Source of the DNA: a virus
Taxonomy: Duplodnaviria > Heunggongvirae > Uroviricota > Caudoviricetes
Direction: 5' to 3' (one strand)
Length of the DNA stretch: 49,554 bases
Virus record (IMG/VR): IMGVR_UViG_3300028048_000043
Shown: piece by piece, positions 28,454 through 39,183 of the stretch
Position numbering within the stretch: position 1 is the stretch's first letter
Layout: each line of letters opens with the position of its first letter
The notes under the pieces: generated by a model
What the model was told of the DNA's origin: nothing
What the model saw: only the letters and a program-made list of their open reading frames with translations
Database searches by the model: none
Translations under genes and position numbers: made by a program

Positions 28454-30157
28454 ATGAGCAAATGGTATAAACTTACAACAAGCGACAAAATTACAAGTGA
28501 AGGAATAGAAAACGTCTATGACCTTCACAAGATCTTCGTAGATGGTGTAGATATAAACAAGAAATATTTTTCTGGAAAAGAGATAGATGATATATTCCAC
28601 ACAACAGGATTCTATGAGGATGATGAGGGGGAAATGTGTTTTCTTAGACACAAAGGAGATCCAAAGGTCGTGATAATAACAACTATCGGAGGAACAAAAA
28701 TATATGAAGGAAATTACCTTGTTCTAGAATCAAAAGAAACTCACGTCATCCCGGATGGAAATGGAAATGAAAACGACTATCTGAAACTTTATTCGGATGA
28801 CTCAAGGTACACATACAACTATTTTGGGTTCAACGGAAAATTTATATCTGAACGTTTTTATAAGTTTCTTGGGGACGTGCCCGGTTCTACATCTCTCTGT
28901 GGAATGGATGCGAACGATAAATGGGTTCTGATTAGTAAAGAGACAGGAAAGGCTATAACCGAAAAATATGACTCGTTTGATTCAAACACAACAAAACTTT
29001 CAAGATGTGCAGTTAAGGTTGGAAACATCGGAGGAAACCTCGGAAGGGTTTACAACTACATAGACGCCAACACAGGAGAACCGTTATTTGATAATTGGTT
29101 TGATTATATGAAAGAATATGATATCAACCTTTTACCGGATTTCGCATCGAGCAGATCGTCAAAAACAAGAATCATCGTTACGGTAGAAGATGTTAACAAC
29201 AAAGATACTATACGGATATTAAATTCTTCATTATCTACAATAAAGATAAACATTCCAGATGGATACGAAATTAATAACTTTGGAACACAACGTCTCGGAA
29301 GAGGGCAAATTGCAGCAGTTAGAGTCCAAATACTAAATACGAAAAACGGAAAAAAGAAAAACAATTTCATAACTTCTGGTGGGCTCGTTTCAGATAGATG
29401 GTTTGATACATATATTACAATTTCCGGAACAGATTATGTAAAACTTACAGACGGAAACGAACTTACAATAATGGGGGCTAATTCATTAGGTATATTAACA
29501 GACGAAAATGGAGGATGGTTTAAAGATATCGTGTTCAGGGATCCGATTGAAAAAGGAATACAATATATACTGTGCAAAAACGCAGAAGGAAAATGTAACG
29601 CATTCGTAGTAAAATCCTTCGGTGTTATTGCATCCAATAAACAATACGGGTGGATTCTGGACGAATGGGTTGATGACATAAGAATTTCAAAAGATCCAAT
29701 ATGGAAAGAAAACAGAACATCAAAGGGAGGACAGAGCCATTATGCGTTATACACAAAAATAAACGGAGAAAATTACCTTCTTTATGGTGAATATATCATA
29801 AGGTGTGATTACATTACAGGGTTCCGTGATAATGATTATCTCCTTGTTTTTGAAAGGAACGAAAAATTTAATTTCCTTTCTACATTCGGGTATAACGGAA
29901 AAGAACGTTGGGGATACGGAAAACTGCCGGAAGATGTTTCCGCAATAGAGGATTTGAAATTCGACATGAAATATTTCCGTGTTTTCTTTGGAGACGATCC
30001 GAACACTTATACTTGCAGATTGGTGAACAGGGAATCGATGGAATTCGCATCCGATTTTGTTGATGATATTGAAGTTGAAAACAAGAGTCAGGATGAAAGA
30101 ATTTTTAAACTTATAGTAGATGGTAAGGTAATAAAAACAGTTGAAGATAAAAAATAA
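28454..30157 (+). CDS. beta-repeat (WG-repeat-like) hypothetical protein
   Basis: Recurring G..L.D.WFD units; start set at MSKWY after GATAAATA. Confidence 0.7.
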   Translation: MSKWYKLTTSDKITSEGIENVYDLHKIFVDGVDINKKYFSGKEIDDIFHTTGFYEDDEGEMCFLRHKGDPKVVIITTIGGTKIYEGNYLVLESKETHVIPDGNGNENDYLKLYSDDSRYTYNYFGFNGKFISERFYKFLGDVPGSTSLCGMDANDKWVLISKETGKAITEKYDSFDSNTTKLSRCAVKVGNIGGNLGRVYNYIDANTGEPLFDNWFDYMKEYDINLLPDFASSRSSKTRIIVTVEDVNNKDTIRILNSSLSTIKINIPDGYEINNFGTQRLGRGQIAAVRVQILNTKNGKKKNNFITSGGLVSDRWFDTYITISGTDYVKLTDGNELTIMGANSLGILTDENGGWFKDIVFRDPIEKGIQYILCKNAEGKCNAFVVKSFGVIASNKQYGWILDEWVDDIRISKDPIWKENRTSKGGQSHYALYTKINGENYLLYGEYIIRCDYITGFRDNDYLLVFERNEKFNFLSTFGYNGKERWGYGKLPEDVSAIEDLKFDMKYFRVFFGDDPNTYTCRLVNRESMEFASDFVDDIEVENKSQDERIFKLIVDGKVIKTVEDKK

Positions 30158-30188
30158 AAAACAACCGATATCGGTTGTTTTTTATTTT
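30153..30188. terminator. palindromic bidirectional terminator
   Basis: AAAATAAAAAACAACCGAT/ATCGGTTGTTTTTTATTTT between convergent genes. Confidence 0.75.
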
Positions 30189-30206
30189 ACAACTGTATTC
30201 TGCTGT

Positions 30207-30755
30207 TTAGAACCTGCGACAAGCTCTGACTGCTTTCCTGTCTTCAAGTTTTCGTTCGCTGACTGAAGACACAGCCTTTAGCGCTCCTTCTGGAACTTCT
30301 TCGGTTTTTCCTACTGGAAGACCTTCAAGGTTTGCAAGATAGGCTTCAGCCATATCCTCTATTCTATCCTGATTTGAATATTCTGGAACTTGGTATCCTT
30401 TTTCAGGAAGAGCAACTTCACCTTCAAGCTCTTCACTTGTGGTTTCATCTGATTCAGCTTCGTTTTCAGCAGATTCTTCTGGTTCGGCTACTTTATCTTC
30501 TTCTGCCTTTTCTTCCGATTCTGCAACTGTTAAAGAACCTTCTTCATTCTCAGCTACAGGGTTTACTGCAACCGGTTCAAGTTCTTCCGAATCCTTCTTT
30601 TCATCAACGATTGATTCTTCGACATCTTCTTCACCCTTTTCTTCCTCGACAGGAGCAGATGTCTCTTCTACTGGTTCTTCTACAGCTTTCTTTGATGATG
30701 CTTTCTTAACTTCAGAAGCCTCTGCTTCTGCCTTTTTTGTACTAGTACGTGCCAT
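30207..30755 (-). CDS. acidic low-complexity protein
   Basis: Glu-rich, basic N-terminus. Confidence 0.75.
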   Translation of the reverse strand: MARTSTKKAEAEASEVKKASSKKAVEEPVEETSAPVEEEKGEEDVEESIVDEKKDSEELEPVAVNPVAENEEGSLTVAESEEKAEEDKVAEPEESAENEAESDETTSEELEGEVALPEKGYQVPEYSNQDRIEDMAEAYLANLEGLPVGKTEEVPEGALKAVSSVSERKLEDRKAVRACRRF

Positions 30756-30779
30756 TTTATTGCGTTTTATTTTATGTAT

Positions 30780-31559
30780 TTATCCTTTATATTTCAACTT
30801 TGAAACTAACATATTATATTCATCCATAGACTTCACCTTCGATATCGCTATCAATGTATTAAGATTTCTAGCTGCAAAGTCTATAAGATCATCAAGATCT
30901 TTTGTTGTTACCAAATCGTGCTTTCTTGGAAGATTTTTGATTTCCGGATTCTCTGACAACGTTATTGAAGAAAATTGAGTAGATTCTTTCTGATCTTTAG
31001 ACGCTCTAAATTTTATACGAGGTCCATGTCTAATCGGAACACCAGGATCTATCTATATATCAACAGGAAGACCTGTAGTTTCGGATTTCAATTTTCCCAT
31101 TTCGAGAAGAAGATTCGTACTTTCGGCAACCATATAATTTTGTTTAGAGTATCTTAATATGTCCGCCATTTCAAATGAATCCAAATTTCCGTCGGCGAAT
31201 TGTTTTATGCTATTCTTATGTGTAACAACAAACGATTTTAATGATATCAATTCATCATATGTTATAAAAATTTCGTAATCCTTTACTGGTATATCTGGGT
31301 TATCAGAAACAGTTAGCGGAAGACATTTTCCATCTCCGTTTACAAAGTATATCCATAACGGATGTTTCAGTATCTTATATGAACCGCTTTCATCAAGATA
31401 TACGTTAACTGGCAGACCGGTTAATTTTGTGTCAGCTATAAGATACATTATCAAGTTGTCCTCGTGCTCTGAGAAATATTTTTGAAAATCCTCATACCAA
31501 GGATTTCCTTTATAAGACCTTGATGCAATGTCTTTTATTATTTTGTCAATCTTTCCCAT
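30780..31559 (-). pseudogene. two-repeat hypothetical protein interrupted by one in-frame TAG at 31053-31055 (nonsense allele or readthrough)
   Basis: Frame stays open 90 codons past TAG to TAA at 30780; the second repeat spans the stop. Confidence 0.75.
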
Positions 31560-32218
31560 TATTTCTTGTTTTTCTTATCAAGAATTTTATCACAGATTCC
31601 ATACTCAACCGCCTCCTTTGCTGACATCCAATAATCTCGATCCATATCCTTGAAAACCTTATCGTAGTCTTGACCGGTTTTTTCTGATATGATTTGAACA
31701 AGCTCTGCGCGAGCCTTCTCAATTTCCTTAGCCTCTATCAAAATATCAGAAGCCTGACCGCGAGCGCCACCAAGAGGTTGATGAATTAAGACTCTCGAAT
31801 GAGGCAATATAGAACGTTCACCTTTTTCTCCTGAGCAAAAAAGAACAGCAGCCATGCTTGCAGCCATTCCTGTGCATATAGTTGCAACCTTTGGTTCGAT
31901 TATCTGCATCGTGTCATAGATTGCCATGCCGGAAGTTATAATTCCTCCAGGACTGTTTATATACAAAGAGATTGGTTCATCGTTCAAAGAAGACAGCCAT
32001 AACAACTGCGCCTGAATAACGTTCGCAACATCATCGTTGATTTCCGAACCAAGAAATATTATTCGTTCCATCTGCAATCGACTGAACACGTCCATAGCAG
32101 CAACATTGAGTTTTCTTTCCTCGATGATTGTTGGATTTATATACGTCGATTTCAAATATTGTTCTGTTGTCAAAGAAGATATCCCTCTTGACAATGCATA
32201 TCTTTCAAAATCATTCAT
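31559..32218 (-). CDS. clpP: ATP-dependent Clp protease proteolytic subunit
   Basis: DVFSRL..RIIFLG, YINSPGG, GMAASMA (Ser), IHQP (His), DRDYWMSA. Confidence 0.97.
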   Translation of the reverse strand: MNDFERYALSRGISSLTTEQYLKSTYINPTIIEERKLNVAAMDVFSRLQMERIIFLGSEINDDVANVIQAQLLWLSSLNDEPISLYINSPGGIITSGMAIYDTMQIIEPKVATICTGMAASMAAVLFCSGEKGERSILPHSRVLIHQPLGGARGQASDILIEAKEIEKARAELVQIISEKTGQDYDKVFKDMDRDYWMSAKEAVEYGICDKILDKKNKK

Positions 32219-32700
32219 TTTAACTTAAGTATTTCTTTTGCTTTTTCTATATCTTCCTCTGTAAGTGCGGTTTCGCGGTTAGTTTGTATAAAATGATTTA
32301 CCTGACCAAGAAGCATATCCGCATCATCATCAAATATAACATATTCAACATCGTGCGGTGTGTCTCCCCATTTCGTGCTCGATCCAAAATTCTCAACTAG
32401 ATATTCATCAATCTCTGATCCACGGCAAATCCAGTCCTGCCAATAATGGTTTATGGTTCCTATTATTGGAATTTCACATCCTAGTTCTTTCAGCGGTTCT
32501 ATTGCCGTTGTTCCCCATGATGATGAAATTAGAATTTCGACACCGTCTCCTTTCAGTCTATTAAGCAGCTTTACTTTATCAGGATCCATATACCCGTGAC
32601 CTGGCATCTCGTCTCTACGAACACCGTCATGATACGAGTTGCAGAGAAAATCAAGAGATGCCATCACACCATCTATGTCAAGAAAAATTATCCTTTTCAT
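32215..32700 (-). CDS. HAD-family phosphatase of the Swiss-Army-knife RNA-repair-like type
   Basis: IFLDIDGV, ISSSW, RGSEI, YVIFDD. Confidence 0.82.
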   Translation of the reverse strand: MKRIIFLDIDGVMASLDFLCNSYHDGVRRDEMPGHGYMDPDKVKLLNRLKGDGVEILISSSWGTTAIEPLKELGCEIPIIGTINHYWQDWICRGSEIDEYLVENFGSSTKWGDTPHDVEYVIFDDDADMLLGQVNHFIQTNRETALTEEDIEKAKEILKLK

Positions 32701-32702
32701 TT

Positions 32703-33131
32703 CTATATTCCTGTGTGTCCAAATCCACCGTCTCCTCTTTCTGTTTCATCGAGTTCATCGACTAGCGAGAATACACACTGTTCATGTTTCGCTATGACCA
32801 TTTGGGCTATTCTGTCTCCTTTCTTAACGATAAAATCTTTATCACCAAAATTAGCCAATATGACCCCTACTTCACCACGGTAGTCGGCGTCCACTGTTCC
32901 AGGCTCATTAAACACTATCACTGAACGTTTTAATGCAAGCCCGCTCCTCGAACGAACCTGTGCCTCATAACCAGCAGGAAGTTGTATGAACAACCCCGTC
33001 GGAATTAACCTGACTTTACCTACAGGAACAACGACATCTGCCGAACTTCTAAGATCCATACCGGCACTATTTTTGGTTTCATAGGATGGAAGTTGATTTC
33101 CACTTTTATTTACAACCTTTACTGTTACCAT
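32703..33131 (-). CDS. dut: dUTPase (trimeric)
   Basis: SAGMDL, RSGLA, GTVDADYRGE, RIAQ, RGDGGFGHTG. Confidence 0.97.
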   Translation of the reverse strand: MVTVKVVNKSGNQLPSYETKNSAGMDLRSSADVVVPVGKVRLIPTGLFIQLPAGYEAQVRSRSGLALKRSVIVFNEPGTVDADYRGEVGVILANFGDKDFIVKKGDRIAQMVIAKHEQCVFSLVDELDETERGDGGFGHTGI

Positions 33132-33196
33132 ACATTTTGTTTATTTTGTGCAAATATACTGAAATTTCCAAAAAGAAAAAAGAGGCGAAAGCCTCT

Positions 33197-33742
33197 TTAA
33201 TCATATTCTCCGTGAATCGGATGTTTTGGAACGTTGTGACCGTAATCGTATTCGTCGTTGTCGTATTCCAACGGATCGTTAATATCGAACTTAAACCCGA
33301 GTCGACGTTTACTCTTATCGTCCATCGCTTCAAAACATTCCCCGCACATAGGATATATCCATGATATAGTGTGTCCGTCAGCGTCACCGCCGCATTTATA
33401 ACAAACTTTTGCGGAAATCTGTATATACTTCCTAAGTATATCAAGAATTTTTCCAGGATAAGAAGTTAAAGTAACATCTATAACTCCAAACTTCTCCTTT
33501 ATGCATAATGCACGAACGTCTTTTCTTTCACACCTTCGAAGTTCTTTTGAAATTTCTCGGAACATTTCTATGCCAAATCGATTTCTCCACGCTTCCGGTA
33601 TAGATGTCCAGAACGTATTTTTCTGGATGTTTCCGTTCGAATCGTATGCGGTTAAAAAAGGAAAGACTATTCGGATTATCCTATCCCTTAGTTTTTCTGG
33701 AAGCTTGTCCAGAAGATTTTTTTCCGGTCTGTTTTTGTTCAT
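33197..33742 (-). CDS. conserved phage protein with CxxC..CxxC
   Basis: IKEKFG..SAKVCYKCG..WIYPMCGEC; start set at MNKNR. Confidence 0.7.
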   Translation of the reverse strand: MNKNRPEKNLLDKLPEKLRDRIIRIVFPFLTAYDSNGNIQKNTFWTSIPEAWRNRFGIEMFREISKELRRCERKDVRALCIKEKFGVIDVTLTSYPGKILDILRKYIQISAKVCYKCGGDADGHTISWIYPMCGECFEAMDDKSKRRLGFKFDINDPLEYDNDEYDYGHNVPKHPIHGEYD

Positions 33743-35366
33743 CGTAGTATTGTTGTGTTCTTTTATCCCTATCGTAAGCTTCGAATCCACCATCTGTTCT
33801 GATTTTGGCGAACGCTTCCCTGAGATTATACCGTTTTGGACGCTCAACGTCTTTTCCGTTTTTAACATCCTCATAGTACTTCTTCCATTCTTCTTCATCA
33901 TAACTCATCTTATAAGGAATGTCGGTTTGATAAGAAGACTTGTACGCACATTTCGTTACACCGTCGATGTACATAGAATACTCCCCTTCGTTAAGAGTAA
34001 TACTTTTCCGCCATGAGAAATTCTTTTTAATGTAATCCAAATAGCGATTCGCAAAAGTCGTATCGATTGATATTCCCCATGTGTGCTCGACAGAAGCCAT
34101 AAGGGTATTCAGTTCATCGTTGCTGAATGCTTTTACTCCGTATGACTTTCCGCGCCCATTAGTCTTATATCCAAGGAAGAGAATCCCACAATAAATCTGT
34201 TCTTTTCTTAGTCTATCAATGATGCTTCTTGTCAGACCAACACCAAGCATCTCCGGAATAAGGTGAGCTACGATATATTTTTTATGAACTCTCTCATACT
34301 CGTAATCCTTGCTGTTGTTGAAAGATTTCGTGAAACGTATGAACTCCTGGAGATCAGCATCATCAACAATCGAGACTCCGATTCCATCAACGTAGTTCTT
34401 GAAAATCTCATACATCTTTGGATTATCAATCACATCGGTAATGTTTTTTGCGTTGATTGTTACGTTAACTATGTGACCCTTGTTGTTTATAGAACTCAAA
34501 ATCCTTTCGAGTTCTGGATGCAGAAGTATGTTTCCTCCACCGATAGAGAATTCTACCCTGGTGTCATTAATGTCATTCATAAGTCTGACAATAAATCCTG
34601 CATCAGCGTCTGGTTCGGTTGCCTTTGAATCCATGAAGCAAAACGGGCAACCATTATTGCAACGGTTTGTAATTCTCAGGTCAATTAGCTCAGGATATTC
34701 AGGGATTGGCGCGTCCGGTGTAGTTGAAAAACGAAGCCTACCGTTCGTCGAGTTCTTATATTTAGGATACACTTCCCCAGTATTTTCATCCTCGTATTCG
34801 TTTGTGTGTCCATAAGCGACGTAGTAGTTTCCGTTTTTAACTATTCCGCTCTTAGTGTCAGGATAGTCAGAATCATAGCGGGCGTCATCTGGCAAAGGTT
34901 CCTCGGAATGACCATCACATGTTTCATAAACGAAATCAGTTTCATCAGATCCACCGACGATTACAATATCAGGGTTTTCAATAATGTTGCGAATGTATTT
35001 GACATTGAATTCAAGATCATTATCCGTAAATGAACCACGGAAATGTCCGCCAAAACTGTCGTCATCTTCCTTCTTTAGTGATTTTGCAATTTTAGGATAG
35101 TACTTCTTCATCTCCGGATAGAACCCAGAGAGGATATCAACAAGATCTGAATTATAGAAGATGTAATGGAGAATGTATTTGATTTTTGCCTCCCTGGTTG
35201 CCGCAATAGTCCTGTCACAGCGACCGAAGTAATCGTTTTCAAAAACATCAAGGTCCTTGAAAACTTCACCTTCCTTCTTATATATAACAGAATGTGTTGA
35301 GGAACTATTCGTTGCAAGCCCTCTACGGAAATTTTTGAGATAGATTGTGTTGAACTTAATCTTCAT
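33681..35366 (-). CDS. radical SAM protein with N-terminal TNSSSTHS domain
   Basis: CNNGCPFC motif, SIGGGN. Confidence 0.88.
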   Translation of the reverse strand: MKIKFNTIYLKNFRRGLATNSSSTHSVIYKKEGEVFKDLDVFENDYFGRCDRTIAATREAKIKYILHYIFYNSDLVDILSGFYPEMKKYYPKIAKSLKKEDDDSFGGHFRGSFTDNDLEFNVKYIRNIIENPDIVIVGGSDETDFVYETCDGHSEEPLPDDARYDSDYPDTKSGIVKNGNYYVAYGHTNEYEDENTGEVYPKYKNSTNGRLRFSTTPDAPIPEYPELIDLRITNRCNNGCPFCFMDSKATEPDADAGFIVRLMNDINDTRVEFSIGGGNILLHPELERILSSINNKGHIVNVTINAKNITDVIDNPKMYEIFKNYVDGIGVSIVDDADLQEFIRFTKSFNNSKDYEYERVHKKYIVAHLIPEMLGVGLTRSIIDRLRKEQIYCGILFLGYKTNGRGKSYGVKAFSNDELNTLMASVEHTWGISIDTTFANRYLDYIKKNFSWRKSITLNEGEYSMYIDGVTKCAYKSSYQTDIPYKMSYDEEEWKKYYEDVKNGKDVERPKRYNLREAFAKIRTDGGFEAYDRDKRTQQYYDEQKQTGKKSSGQASRKTKG

Positions 35367-35997
35367 AACTCATGTAAGCGTCAAATTGTTTCTTATTATA
35401 TTCTCTTATGTAGTTTATTGTTTTTTTGAACTCAAATGGTGTACATCCGGCATAAACGGCACCATGTTTCTTTTCCGTTGCGTTAAAATCGTATATCCAA
35501 GCTACAGCTCCCGCATTGATGTCATCCACACAAAAATGAGAATTGTATCCATCATTGTAGTCTTTCGGAATAAACGTGTTAAAACTTCTCGTTGAAAACG
35601 GTACGATAAGAATCTCATATTCCGCAACCTCTTTCGCTACTTTTATACCGTTTTCCTCCTCAAACGAAACTATAAAATCATCGTACGGTCTTCCAGCGTT
35701 GCATTCGTACGGAGTATCGTTCCAGTCATCACCTGTCTGTTCGTCCAAAGAGCGTGGAGTGAAAAAAGCAAGGTATTCTCTTTCTCCCTTCAAGTACTCA
35801 GGGTTTGGAAGATCCTTAAATCTGAATTTGTCATACAACCAAGGGTTGTTTTTGAATTCTTCATAAGGTATCTTATCGTATTCTTCCTTGAGTTCTGGAG
35901 GAAGAGACCACACTGTTTCCGGTATGGTCTCAACGTAGCAAAGCTTGAACTTGTCAAGCTTGTGTGTTAGTTTCGAGAATTTGATTTTTGTATACAT
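35356..35997 (-). CDS. conserved phage hypothetical protein
   Basis: GDDWNDTPYECNAGRPY, INAGAVAW. Confidence 0.75.
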   Translation of the reverse strand: MYTKIKFSKLTHKLDKFKLCYVETIPETVWSLPPELKEEYDKIPYEEFKNNPWLYDKFRFKDLPNPEYLKGEREYLAFFTPRSLDEQTGDDWNDTPYECNAGRPYDDFIVSFEEENGIKVAKEVAEYEILIVPFSTRSFNTFIPKDYNDGYNSHFCVDDINAGAVAWIYDFNATEKKHGAVYAGCTPFEFKKTINYIREYNKKQFDAYMSYED

Positions 35998-36893
35998 TAG
36001 ACGTTCTCTACGTTTTCTTTGTACCAGGCGTCAAACTCTTTGTATTCGTTAACCCCGACCTTGTCGATTGCAGCCTGAAGGTCTCTATAATCACAGGTCT
36101 TTATTTTGACGATGATTCGCTTTCCGCGAGGATCTTTGATTGGAACAACAGGACGAGCGACAATACCCTCTTCAAGGAAATCCGGATTCGCAACGTTTGG
36201 AACGCGAGTCTTGAACCCTTCTTTCACCATCGCCTCCGCCTGAGGAATAGTCATTTGACCAAGATATGGAGCAACGTCAAGCCCAAGTTTTTCAGCATAT
36301 TCATTAAGCATATCGATTGGAATATACCAACCCTGCTGACAGATGTCGAAGATAGAGAAACGGTTGTTCTCCTTGTCATAGTTTCCACCGCACTGGATCT
36401 TCTTTCCGAAGAACTCACCGTAAATGTAAACAGGAGACTCTTCAAGTTCAATGGCATATACCCAGGGACGATCTGGTGTAATAACTTCACCATCAAGATT
36501 GCGATACATTGGCTGGTTCTTATCGTTTACTATAGGAACGAACTTGGCAGACTCAGGAGGAAACATCTCGGCGAGAATTGGCTTGATTCGCTCGATAACC
36601 TGTTCAAGGAAAGCCTTCTGCCCAGTACCGACAATATCCGCCTTATCTGTCTTTCCGCCGGGGAAGCACTCTCCGGTAGAAGGATAATACACAATTTTCG
36701 ACGAAGTTCCATCTATTTTTGAAAAACAATCAAATTTCAACAATTTTATGTAATCCATAAAATCATCAGAATACTTATCAATAATGATTTTATTCTGAAA
36801 AATCTTCCATTCTGATTTTGGAAGTGAAACCCCATCTAAACGATATCTTCCATGTAGAGTGTTAATTTTTGTGTAAGTTTGAGTCTTTTTCAT
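35997..36893 (-). CDS. ATP-dependent RNA ligase (Rnl2-like)
   Basis: Nucleotidyltransferase motifs I KIDGT, III YGEFFG, IIIa FSIFDI, IV EGIVAR, V IVKIK. Confidence 0.88.
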   Translation of the reverse strand: MKKTQTYTKINTLHGRYRLDGVSLPKSEWKIFQNKIIIDKYSDDFMDYIKLLKFDCFSKIDGTSSKIVYYPSTGECFPGGKTDKADIVGTGQKAFLEQVIERIKPILAEMFPPESAKFVPIVNDKNQPMYRNLDGEVITPDRPWVYAIELEESPVYIYGEFFGKKIQCGGNYDKENNRFSIFDICQQGWYIPIDMLNEYAEKLGLDVAPYLGQMTIPQAEAMVKEGFKTRVPNVANPDFLEEGIVARPVVPIKDPRGKRIIVKIKTCDYRDLQAAIDKVGVNEYKEFDAWYKENVENV

Positions 36894-36894
36894 T

Positions 36895-37797
36895 TTATTC
36901 TGTTTTTATACTGTTAATAATATCAATTAAGTATACCTTTAATTTGTCATCTGACAATTCTGTTACATCACACTCCCATATATATAAAACATTGTATCCT
37001 TTATCTTCTGCATATATTTTGTGTTCTTGATCTCTTTTCCAAATATCGGATGCTGATATGCGTTTAGTTTCTGAAAAACGAAGAATATCATCTGGTTTAT
37101 ATTTTTTTGGATTCGCGTGCCAAAAATCTCCATTTACTTCGATTAAAACGTGGGTGCCTTTTATTTTAATGTCATATCTATGAAAATAATTCCTAAACTT
37201 AAACTGCGTTTCTATTGGTATTCCTATTTCTATAAAAGAATTAACTATTCTGGTTTCTAATGATGATGGTTTTGCTCCTTTTATTCTACGCTCACAAAAA
37301 CCTTTTAACAAATCTGTCTTTTTTTCAAATGAGTATGAATTCCATCGTTCTCTACTAAATTGTTTATATTCTTCTGTTTTCCAAATATTATCTATTCCAT
37401 AATGTTTTATAAACGTTTGTTTCTTTTTTTCTTTTACAGAGTTTGTCTGAGAAACATTATCCACCCCATATTTCTTTTTACAGGTTTCTTTGTTTTTTTT
37501 ATTGGTTATCTTTAACGCAGATTCACGTATACTTCTTAAATGTATTCCGTATATATTCAATATTCTTTGACTGATGTGATATGGAATGTTGTATTTTTTG
37601 TATAAATCTGGAAGACTATACATATTTGTTTCGTAATCTTTTATAAGATTATCTATAATGTGTTCTCCATAATTATACTTAACTGCTTTAATAAATTTTT
37701 CATTTATTCCACCTGTTCCACAATTATGTAAATGTTTTCCTAAACTTACAAATTCCTTTTCGCAAAAAGGACATTTTTTAAACGTATTCTTTCTCAT
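36895..37797 (-). CDS. Vsr/DUF559-like PD-(D/E)xK putative homing endonuclease
   Basis: KKKYGVDN/KHYGIDN repeats, SSLE, YDI, IEVNGDFWH, YIWE. Confidence 0.82.
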   Translation of the reverse strand: MRKNTFKKCPFCEKEFVSLGKHLHNCGTGGINEKFIKAVKYNYGEHIIDNLIKDYETNMYSLPDLYKKYNIPYHISQRILNIYGIHLRSIRESALKITNKKNKETCKKKYGVDNVSQTNSVKEKKKQTFIKHYGIDNIWKTEEYKQFSRERWNSYSFEKKTDLLKGFCERRIKGAKPSSLETRIVNSFIEIGIPIETQFKFRNYFHRYDIKIKGTHVLIEVNGDFWHANPKKYKPDDILRFSETKRISASDIWKRDQEHKIYAEDKGYNVLYIWECDVTELSDDKLKVYLIDIINSIKTE

Positions 37798-37891
37798 AGT
37801 TTATTTATTCCTAAAATAAACTGTAAGATTGACAAACGTCTATTTTATAAAACCAGATGCAAATATAGGAACTAATTTTCATATTTCCAAA

Positions 37892-39139
37892 TCAGAATCC
37901 TATTTTTCTTTTTTCTTTTGTTTCAACCCCAGTATCTTCTCCGTAATGGAAGATGTCAGCCAATGACATATCCTTATATTCATCTTGAAATATTCCCCGT
38001 TCATTCAGAAGAACTTTTGTCTTTTCCTTATCAAGTTTGTTGAAAGTATACCTTGCAACACATCTTCCTTTTCTAAGTAAAGCCGGATCTACTCTGCTCA
38101 AATCAGAATTGAATGTACAGATAAACTTTATGTTGTAAATGTCGCCTAGAAGACCATCGCTCATGTTGAGAATAGAAGCAACGCTTGAAAGATATCCTCC
38201 CTCACTTCTTTTTTCGATAGCCTTTTCACAATCCTCCATTATGAAAACAGAGTTTGCATTATCTAGCATCAAATGGACAAACTCAGGCGACGAAATGTTT
38301 GTTGAGAGTGCAGGAGGTATGAAAAGGAATTTCTTTTCACTATGAGTAATCAGATCTCGAATGAGAGTTGTTTTTCCTGTCCCAGGCTCGCCGTTAAGTA
38401 TAACGATACCACATGTCCGCTCATCTGAATTTATAAAGTCCTTGATGTTCTCATAAACTGGTTCGAAATCATCGTTGTACGTTTTCTTTACATCGATTGT
38501 TGTTTCGTTAATTTCAGAATCGACTGTATCGAGACCTCCGTTATGAACAGTGATAAGACTTATCTGTGTGTTCGTTTTCTTTTTCGCCGGAACCTTTGGA
38601 ATTGACGCCCAGAAAGAATCGCAGATCTTTTCATAATCTACATCTGTTCTTGTTGGGTTGAAATATATTTCCATAGACCCGTCATCAACCATAGCTATGA
38701 ATCTGTTCGTATTGTCAATGATAATGAACTGTGAGTTTACATACCTATCATTGACATATGCGCCTCGACGTTTAGTCTCCCTCACCTTCTTACCCCTGAC
38801 ATTTTCGCTTCCGCTAGTCCTTGTAAATCTGGTAATGACTTCAACATCTTTATAAACTGTTCCTTTCTTGTTTGAATCAGCAGAAACGTAAGCGCTCTTT
38901 ATCTGTTCAACACTTATAGATTCAAAATCTATGACAAGCGAATCGGAATCAGAATCAAAATTTACATAGTATGCAGAAGGTATCACGCCGAACAAATCAA
39001 CGTAAAGTTTTTCCGCACAAATTTCAACATACGGATATCCCTTTGCATTTGACGTAGCCTTTTTGAAATCTTCGAATATTGGTTGGGATTTGCTTTCCTC
39101 AACTCCAACTGGTTCGTATTCTAACTTATCGTCTCTCAT
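37892..39139 (-). CDS. AAA+ ATPase
   Basis: GEPGTGKT, FIMED, ILNMSDGL, DPALLRKGR, C-terminal IGF. Confidence 0.92.
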   Translation of the reverse strand: MRDDKLEYEPVGVEESKSQPIFEDFKKATSNAKGYPYVEICAEKLYVDLFGVIPSAYYVNFDSDSDSLVIDFESISVEQIKSAYVSADSNKKGTVYKDVEVITRFTRTSGSENVRGKKVRETKRRGAYVNDRYVNSQFIIIDNTNRFIAMVDDGSMEIYFNPTRTDVDYEKICDSFWASIPKVPAKKKTNTQISLITVHNGGLDTVDSEINETTIDVKKTYNDDFEPVYENIKDFINSDERTCGIVILNGEPGTGKTTLIRDLITHSEKKFLFIPPALSTNISSPEFVHLMLDNANSVFIMEDCEKAIEKRSEGGYLSSVASILNMSDGLLGDIYNIKFICTFNSDLSRVDPALLRKGRCVARYTFNKLDKEKTKVLLNERGIFQDEYKDMSLADIFHYGEDTGVETKEKRKIGF

Positions 39140-39183
39140 TATAGATGTACATAAATTATTTTTGCAAATATACTGATTATTTT

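Noticed and set aside
27900-30978. Antisense ORFs over the Ala-rich and Glu-rich genes and over the SHAEG fibres
   Set aside because: Shadow frames produced by biased codon usage of the real genes.
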